DNA from: Vicugna vicugna
Lineage: Eukaryota
Assembly: GCA_013265495.1 (NCBI GenBank)
Contig: MU058423.1
Coordinates: 7,053,449-7,117,448, forward strand
DNA length: 64,000 nt
Reading direction: 5' to 3'
In this document: one piece after another, positions 56,030 through 64,000 of the stretch
How positions within the stretch are numbered: the stretch's first letter is position 1
How the letters are laid out: the number at the start of each line of letters is the position of its first letter
Program-made: the position numbers and the translations under genes
Notes under the pieces: generated by a model
Database searches by the model: none
What the model saw: the letters and a program-made list of their open reading frames with translations, nothing else
What the model was told of the DNA's origin: nothing

Positions 56030-56205
56030 GCATCCATCCTGTACGTATCACCTGGAGAAATTGTTTAAAATGCAGTTTCCTGGACCCTATTGCTAGAGAA
56101 TCTGTCTCAGTATGTCTGCAGTGAGATTTGACAGTCCATATTTTTAGCAATCACTCCAGTTTATTCTGATACGGAGGAGCTATTTATCACTTAGAGAAAC
56201 GTTCC
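56030..56205. mobile_element. MER5A-like DNA transposon relic
   Basis: atcacctggagaaattgtttaaaatgcag...ctggaccc...tttttagcaatcactccagtttattctgat. Confidence 0.65.
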
Positions 56206-57460
56206 TTTAGGGATAGTTCAATCCAAATGAGTGGATAAAAAAAGTAAGGAATATATTCAAGTCAAAGAAGACACTGTTACTCTTCCTCAATGCATGGGGA
56301 AGTGTTTAAAATTGGCATGTCACTATTCTTCGCTAGACATTGTACGCTTTATTGCGTATAATCCATACACTGGTACGAATAGGAAAAGTGAGTATTTGGA
56401 AGCCCCCCACCCTGCCCTTCCCAGGGTCTCATAGTAAATTGAGGAGCAAGGATTGAACTCTAATCTGCTCTATTTCATGATACAATGACAAGGCAAACCA
56501 ATCACAGTCATATTCAAAGGAATCTCAGCAGATGAAAATCTAGATATGTATATACAAGGTAAAATGGGAAATTAAATTATATTAGTAAAATAGAGCTGTT
56601 TGTGGATTAAAATACACAATGCTTTTACTGTGCTTATTACATCTTTACATAACCATTATTTACTGTTATTTATCATTATCATTTTTATACCTTGCCTTCC
56701 TTTATTCCAATTTCCTACAAATTTCAAAGTACCTATAAGATGCGATTGATTGCTATCACTTTGCAGAAGAAAAAACTATGCTCAAAAAGGAAAAGTAATG
56801 TACCCAACTTACTTAGGTGAATGCATGACAAACATAAGTCTTGAATTTATGTTTTTGGAATTCCAAAAATGGGTTTTAATGCTGGAGTATCCAACTCAGA
56901 CTTTCAACTAGATCTAACCACATTCAAACATCAAACAGAAAAGGTGGATGAAGTTTTTTAGTGTTTACAATTTGATCCAGTTCTAAAGGTATAAAAATAC
57001 TGAACTAAAAAGTGTTAAGTATAAGAACACAATATTGTTAATTCAGGAAAGATATTTTATGAAAGTCCTATGTTAGTACTTGATTATTCATGATTGTGAA
57101 AAATAAAATTTTTCTTCAGAGTTGAAGCAAGTATGTAGAATTGTAAGTCAAAAATTTATTTTATATGAAATGCCCCTTAACTGCTATTTTTTAATATGAG
57201 AAATGATAATATTTGATTAATTAATTTACTTTAAGTTAAAAACTAAAATATTTTATCAATTCATGCTTTCAATGCTTCCAGGATTTCAGCTGTTATTGTA
57301 AGTTCATTTCTAAATACATAAACGGAGGTTGTATGGTATCTTAAAATTATATTTTTGATTTGAATTTTACTAGCTCCTGAGAATCACTGTTTCAAAAGAC
57401 TCAGCTTGTGGCTAACAATATTATTACTACATTCATGGCTTGTTATTATTTCTTCTGTAG

Positions 57461-57514
57461 GGTTCCACTGGATTTCCTGGGTTTCCAGGTGCCAATGGCG
57501 AGAAAGGTGCACGG
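57461..57514 (+). CDS. COL11A1: COL11A1 exon 32
   Basis: gtag|...|gtatgg; 54 nt; GSTGFPGFPGANGEKGAR. Confidence 0.96.
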
Positions 57515-57642
57515 GTATGGTATATAAGTATGCTGTTCCAGATTATCTAATATAATTCTTGCATGAGTACCTGTCTCTCAGCACCAGACACAATTTACTG
57601 TGATCTACCTCATACTGAAACTGTTTGAACTGTCCTTGGCAG

Positions 57643-57687
57643 GGCGTTGCTGGCAAACCAGGCCCTCGGGGTCAGCGAGGTCCAACG
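57643..57687 (+). CDS. COL11A1: COL11A1 exon 33 (basic, heparin-binding-type helix segment)
   Basis: gcag|...|gtaggt; 45 nt; GVAGKPGPRGQRGPT. Confidence 0.96.
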
Positions 57688-57833
57688 GTAGGTTCCTTGA
57701 TTTAAAATAATGAGTTTCATTTTTCATTTTGGGTTTAATTTTTCAAAATAATGTTCCTCAGAAATGAAAACTGATCCTGTGGCTTTGGATCTGCTTGAAA
57801 CTAGACCAGTTTCCTCTTTGCGCTCACGTGCAG

Positions 57834-57887
57834 GGTCCTCGAGGTTCGAGAGGTGCGAGGGGTCCGACTGGGAAACCCGGTCCCAAG
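57834..57887 (+). CDS. COL11A1: COL11A1 exon 34 (basic, heparin-binding-type helix segment)
   Basis: gcag|...|gtatca; 54 nt; GPRGSRGARGPTGKPGPK. Confidence 0.96.
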
Positions 57888-58011
57888 GTATCATCAGCAT
57901 TTGTTCCATTTGGGCTTTGCTGTAAGGGCCTCTTCCAGAGGACGGATGTTACCAGAAGAAGGAATCAAAACTGATTTTTCTTTTCTGTTTTGTTGTTGTT
58001 GTTCCTGCCAG

Positions 58012-58056
58012 GGCACTTCAGGTGGTGATGGCCCTCCTGGCCCTCCTGGTGAAAGA
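58012..58056 (+). CDS. COL11A1: COL11A1 exon 35
   Basis: ccag|...|gtgagt; 45 nt; GTSGGDGPPGPPGER. Confidence 0.96.
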
Positions 58057-61000
58057 GTGAGTATGATGCAGTCACATCATATAAATATTAGTATTTTGCA
58101 AGTGTTTAAATTTCTGGGAAAAGTTACATGTGTCTGCAAATACATGGACACAGTCATCCACAAAATCTAGTCAGAGTTTAAAATTTGTATTCCTTAATTT
58201 ACTTCTCTTAGAAAAGCTTTGTTATGTGCTATTAATTCTGTTATAAAAATGAGCGAAATAATGTGTGTAATTGGCCTATGATGTCAACTCTTAAACTCAC
58301 ACCAAAATATTTTTTTTCTTTTAAATGTGCATCTAACACCCATTAACCTTCTCCGCCACACCTCTTGCTTCCCATACTGATGCTCACTTTGTCTGAGCAG
58401 CTGGCAGCAGCACTGTGCTGGTAAAATGCAAGCTACTAGTAGCTATTAAGTCACAATCGATATACATTCAAATCAAGATAAAACATCTATTCCAGTAAAT
58501 AGAAGAACTATTTAGTAAATTGATTTTCAATTGATGCAAAGTAAAGCTAAATACACATGAGTAAGCATGTCCTTTATTATATTTTTTTTGGCAAAATGTA
58601 GCATTTTTGTAGCCAGATTTTTTTTGAACACTATCCTCTTGAAAGAATTTTAAATATTAATTCAGTGTTATTGTCAAAGAAATTAGTCTCATTTCTCAAT
58701 AGTCTATAATTTTTAATATTATGTAGATATATTAATATATTTTTGTATATTATTTTTTGAAGTTTATAATAGATATTTCACAACAAGAAAAGCAGAAATA
58801 CTCTGATGTATAACTTAAAACTGAGAATAGGTCTTTTTTTGGAATAAACTTTCTATTTGTGACAGAAATGTCAGTAGATAAGACAAAAGAATAAATATTT
58901 AATTACAGTTGTTTCAAGGCTTTGGTTCAAATTTAATTAAATTAAACTTTCTACTAAATGTTTCTCACTCTTGATGAGCTATTCCCAAGTTAAGTTCATC
59001 TCATACATTTTGACTACGTAAATAATGCATACATTTGAATATTTTATGGCCAAAGTCATTTTAATAAGAGGATACAGCTAACTCAATTAAAATGACTGAA
59101 TCATTAAATGGAGTAGAACCGTTTAACAAATTGTAGCACAAATAGGAGAGCTGTCTGTAACACACTCTATTCTGTCTTTACATATTTTGCGCATGCATTC
59201 CAAAATTTCATAATCAACTATAAATCTTTGCAAATTTATTTTAGAACAGAACAGTATAACCCCAGAGCACGATAACTTTACTGAATGTTTGTAAAAATAC
59301 TTTGAGAGTAGGAAAAGTATGTTTTGAGACTCTCAAATTAAAGGTTGATTTTAAAGATTGTTTAAGTAAGCTTGAAACCATTTTCAATAAACATTTTTAC
59401 GTTTTAAAGATGGAAAACATATTTCTTGTGTTCTGTGTAATGGATGAGACATTTTCTCCCTAATATATTCACATTTTCTGCAAAGAATTTTAAGTATCAT
59501 GAACTATTTATTATGTTTCAGGCACACAGTTGAAGAACAATAAAAGTAATATCACAAAAATATTTTCTTCAAAATATGTGATTTGGGAAGTTCAGGGAGA
59601 GAATTTTGTTGTACCATTGGTTTAGAAATGGCAATGCTCATTTCAACGAACTCTTATTAACAATATATTTATGTGTATATATATAGTATATATGTATAAA
59701 TAATACATATTATGTATATATATATGTGTGTAAACAGTCATTAGAATACTCTGCAGGTTAAATATGATCCCTTATACTCAGGATTTGCAAAACATGAATG
59801 CCTGCTATTAAAGACTTAATGCAGCTTTTAGTTGGGTCTAAGATGATCGGATTTAGCAAAACCAAAATGAAACAAAAACAAAGAACTAAGACACCCAAGG
59901 CACCCCAATAAATTGAATTTTACACCAACAGTGAATACTTTGTGGCATAGGTATGTCTCTTGTAATACTTGGGACATATTAAAATTATTTGTTATTTATC
60001 TAAAATTGAAATTTTAGTAAACATTCAGTATTTTATCTGGCAACACTAATTGAGTTCCAACACTATCTTTACACTGAGTTTTTACATAATTTCTGCCTTA
60101 CCTAGAAACTTTTTTAATTAATACAAGGAGAATGTGTCAACACATTTTTGTGCAGTTTATACAGAAAGACCCACTCTTCTTTCTTTTCTCTGAAGGAATG
60201 ATTTTTGAAAATTTATCTTTCTTAAAGAAGTTTAAATTCAAAATCATATTTTATTTGAAAAGCAGTAAAAATTTAGAAAGCAAAGAAATGACATTTTCAG
60301 AAATTATGATACAGAGCTTGCTACATAACCTTAAAGGAATACCATTTTTAAATTTTGAATTTAAAACTATCTTTATTTATAATTTTCTTTTTATGCTAGA
60401 TATTTAAGAATGAAGTTTTATACTTTAATGAGAATACCAAAGTTTCTAAGTTCCAACCACCCAGTGTTTTTGGTAATTGCATGAGATATCTGTTTTTTTA
60501 ATGACATACCTAACCTTGAAGTTTCTTTTTGATTATAAGATAAGATGCTGGTAATAGCAAAAATTTGTGCTGATTTCTGCACTTGCATTGAGTTAAGAAT
60601 GGTAATGAAATTTCCTGTGGGAAGGCTAAATTGGTAAATTGAAAAGAGTCAATTATATGAAAGATCAACTTTAGTAAACTTTATTTTTTATTTAAGTATA
60701 AATAAAGCCTACTGTAATTCTGTTATTTAAGAAATTTTATTTGTATTATTTTTCATTTTCTATACAGTCCTTTTGGAAATATAATTATCATGTTCCAGTC
60801 ATAGAAAGAATTATCTTTTATCCTTTTGCTGCCACCAATATAGTCATTGTAATAGGGTTGACTTTATGCATTTTAAAAATATGTAAATGTGAGTGTTGAA
60901 CAATATGGTTGGTTAAGCATCGAGTCAAAAGCAATATTATAAATGTATATTTGGATTGAATGTTAATGAGAATATTATATAAAAAGTTCTCTTTATCTTA

Positions 61001-61565
61001 TCTACAAAGGAGTTTATACATAAGTAAAATGAAATAGTGACATCCTTAAAAATAAATATATTTTAAATACAGAGGTTAGTTACAGGTTATCCTCTATGGT
61101 CTTTTGAGATAGCAACATTTTTTTTTCTGTTAGTTTTGTATACTAGAGCCAGAACATTTATAGGGTGAATTTTAAAAATAGTTATTCTTTTTGGCGGCGC
61201 TGTGGAATTGAAATAGCCTCCTTTTATGGATGTTTCTAGCCAATGTTAAAAATAGATGGTCTATGGGACTTCCTTGATACATCTATGTTCTATTCACTTT
61301 TAATATGAATTCTAAATATTTACAGTGTTCTTGAGCTAAGACCATTGATGGGATGTGCAGTTTTGAGTACTGAATAGTGTGAAAAATCATCCATTTTGCT
61401 TTTAGATTAACATAGGGTTATCTTGTTGTGTTGCCATAGTTCTGCCATTATGGTAAAGGAGCTGTATTCGATTTTGCATTTTATCTGTAGAAATAAACTA
61501 AAAAGTATAAAGATGTGTCTGTTAAAGCATATTCTTAAATTTCCCCACTGCTTTTTTCTTTTCAG

Positions 61566-61619
61566 GGGCCTCAAGGACCTCAGGGTCCAGTTGGATTCCC
61601 TGGACCAAAAGGTCCTCCT
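61566..61619 (+). CDS. COL11A1: COL11A1 exon 36
   Basis: tcag|...|gtaagt; 54 nt; GPQGPQGPVGFPGPKGPP. Confidence 0.96.
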
Positions 61620-62363
61620 GTAAGTGTCATAGTTTTTTCTTTCTCTTTCTTCATTGGCCAATTTTTCAAATTTTCCAGAGTAATAGCTTAGATATTTAAA
61701 AATTTTTAGATATAAATATTGATAAAAATTTCTATAAAAATAAATTTACGCTTAATAACACCAAAGGATATAGATATTTTAAACTTACGGAGTTTATAAA
61801 TGCATCTGAATATGACATATATACCTTATTGAATAAATAAATATTATTTATACATGTCTAGTTAAATATTCTGTTTAAATATTCTTTCAAAGTATATGAA
61901 AACTAGAACAACATTAGTATCATTTTCTCAAGTACCCTTGTACTCAATTAAAAATCATTACTGAATTTTATATATTTGGTGTATCAATTTCTCTTTTACC
62001 TACCATCATCGAATGTATCCTTCTTCAAAAAGTCACTTCCTAAACACCCTATGACATTTTGATATTACTTCTATCACATCAAGATCTATTTATTTGTATT
62101 TAGTATTTTTGTATGTATTCTTCTTAGGAAACATAACGATAACCCTTCCTGAATCATATTCCTGTTATAAAATTTGTTTAGACCAACACTTTTTTGAATA
62201 TCTTCATCAAATATTTTGACAAAATTAATAGATATCTTTTCTTTTTACACGGATATTCATGGGAATATAAGATGTGCTCAGTGCTCAGTTGCTTTTCTCT
62301 CTCTTTTTTAATTTTTGGCAACTTATTCAATTTATTTATAAGAGCTAGGATCAGCCTACCTAC

Positions 62364-62737
62364 TGTCTTAGTCTGTTCTGGCTGCTATAACAAAACAAAA
62401 ACAAAAACAAAAACAAAAACAAAAACAAAACACACACACTGTAGCAAATAAACAACAGAGTTCATTTCTTACAGTTCTGAAGCCTGGAAGTCAGATATCA
62501 GGGTGCCAGAATGATGGGGGAGGGCCCTCCTTTGGGTAATGGACTTTTCATTGTATCCTCACCTGGCAGAAAGGGGTCTCTGGAGCGTCTTTTATAAGTG
62601 ACTAGTTCCATTCATGAATGTTCCATCTTTGTGATTTAAGCATCTCCCAGAGGCTCCACCTACAAATAACATCACCTTTGAGGGTTAGGACTTTAACATT
62701 TGAATTTCAAGGGGCACAGACATTCAAACCATAGCCC
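62364..62737. mobile_element. MLT1A/MST-type MaLR solo LTR with internal (CAAAAA)n expansion
   Basis: tgtcttagtctgttctggctgctataacaaaa...cagttctgaagcctggaagtc...gacattcaaaccatagc. Confidence 0.8.
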
Positions 62738-62759
62738 ATAGCCCCCACTTATCTAAGGA

Positions 62760-63125
62760 AATTGTTCTTACAGTGTAGTCCCTGGACCAGAGCATCAGCA
62801 GCACATGGGACTTTTCAGAAATGCAACATCTTGTCTTCACCTCTGTTACCTAATTGAAACTGTAGGAGTGGGGCCCAGTCTGTGTTTTAACAAACTCTCT
62901 CTAGTTCTGGTGCCTGCTGATGTTTGTGAAGCCCTGTTCTAGTCTAGAGTGGACAATGCTATTCAAACTTCAATGTGCGCGTGAATCACATCAGTATCTT
63001 GTTAAAAATGTAGATTTTGATTCAATAGGTCTGGGATGGGTCTTGAGACATGACATTACTGGCAAATGTCCAGATGATGGCAGTGCTGCTGGTCAATGGG
63101 CCATACTTCAAACAGCAAAGTTCAA
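62760..63125. mobile_element. Two adjacent MER5 (A/B-like) relics
   Basis: cagtgtagtccctggaccagagcatcagc...agaaatgca and gaatcac...ttgttaaaaatgtagatt...gctgctggtc motifs. Confidence 0.65.
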
Positions 63126-64000
63126 AAGCATTTTGGCTGAGAATAAGACCAGCATAGTTTGAATATGATCTACTCTGTAGGAAACAAATTATAGCTAAAA
63201 TTTTCAGTGAATGATTTAAGAGCCAATTTTTTTTCAATGTAATAATACAAATAACTAGTTTCCAGTAAATAATTACTGGCAGTTTTACTCACATCATAGA
63301 TATTTTCATTTAGAGGCACATTGATACAGATTTTTGGCTGAATATTTTAAACTGATTTTTGAGCTGAAACTTTTTGACAAAACCACAACAATTTACATCT
63401 TGTATGAGAAAGTTATGGAAGACTTTTTGTATATGCCAATATTTCAAAAACTGTTCATCCCAATTTTCTAATTTCTAATAATTATATATATAATATAAAT
63501 AATTATAGTTAACCAAGTATAGTCCAATAACAATCTTGCATAAAGGAACATTTCAGAAAACTCTGAACTACTATGCTAAAAATTTAAATAAATTCTTTAT
63601 ATGATTACATTATATTTTTAAACAGTTTGAAAATCATTTATAAATAAATGTTCTCCAGTATTTTGATTGAGTTTGACTAACTTCCTCTCTCTGATTACTT
63701 TCAAATGTGACTTTAGCACACGTATTTTAAAAATGAATTATTTACTGTGAAATACTAACTTAAATATTGAGAGAATCTCTTTTTGCAATATTTTTTGACA
63801 TTGTTTAAAATGTTAGTTTATCACGAACAGTCTTGCTTTATTATTACACACATGTCAAGAAAGTTTGTTCTCTATATTACAGTTCTATAAAAGTATTAAT
63901 ACAAATAGCTAGTATTAAATAAAAGATAATACAGATACTACTTGCATATAATATTGTTTACCCACTATTTTAGTTTTACACCAAATGTAATATTAATTCA

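Overview
AT-rich mammalian genomic DNA lying entirely inside the COL11A1 gene (collagen type XI alpha-1 chain), transcribed on the + strand. I located 33 coding exons by hand (5, 6A, 6B and 7-36 in human numbering). All have AG/GT boundaries and phase 0. They encode the end of the N-propeptide (TSPN/PARP), the alternatively spliced variable region, the minor helix, the N-telopeptide and the first 136 uninterrupted Gly-X-Y triplets of the major helix. Introns contain old eutherian repeats (L1M, L2, MIR, MLT1, MER5, an ERV1-type LTR), one younger artiodactyl-type L1 3' fragment with a target-site duplication, and microsatellites. The species is probably a cetartiodactyl, possibly a camelid (inference only). 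The most interesting unexplained signals are four: a candidate decayed basic exon in intron 5; an in-frame read-through of exon 6B ending in LEDL and a triple stop; a sharp GC3/CpG peak on exon 5; and a hairpin cluster plus splicing-control motifs around the variable exons. Repeat family names and boundaries are approximate and were recognised by eye.
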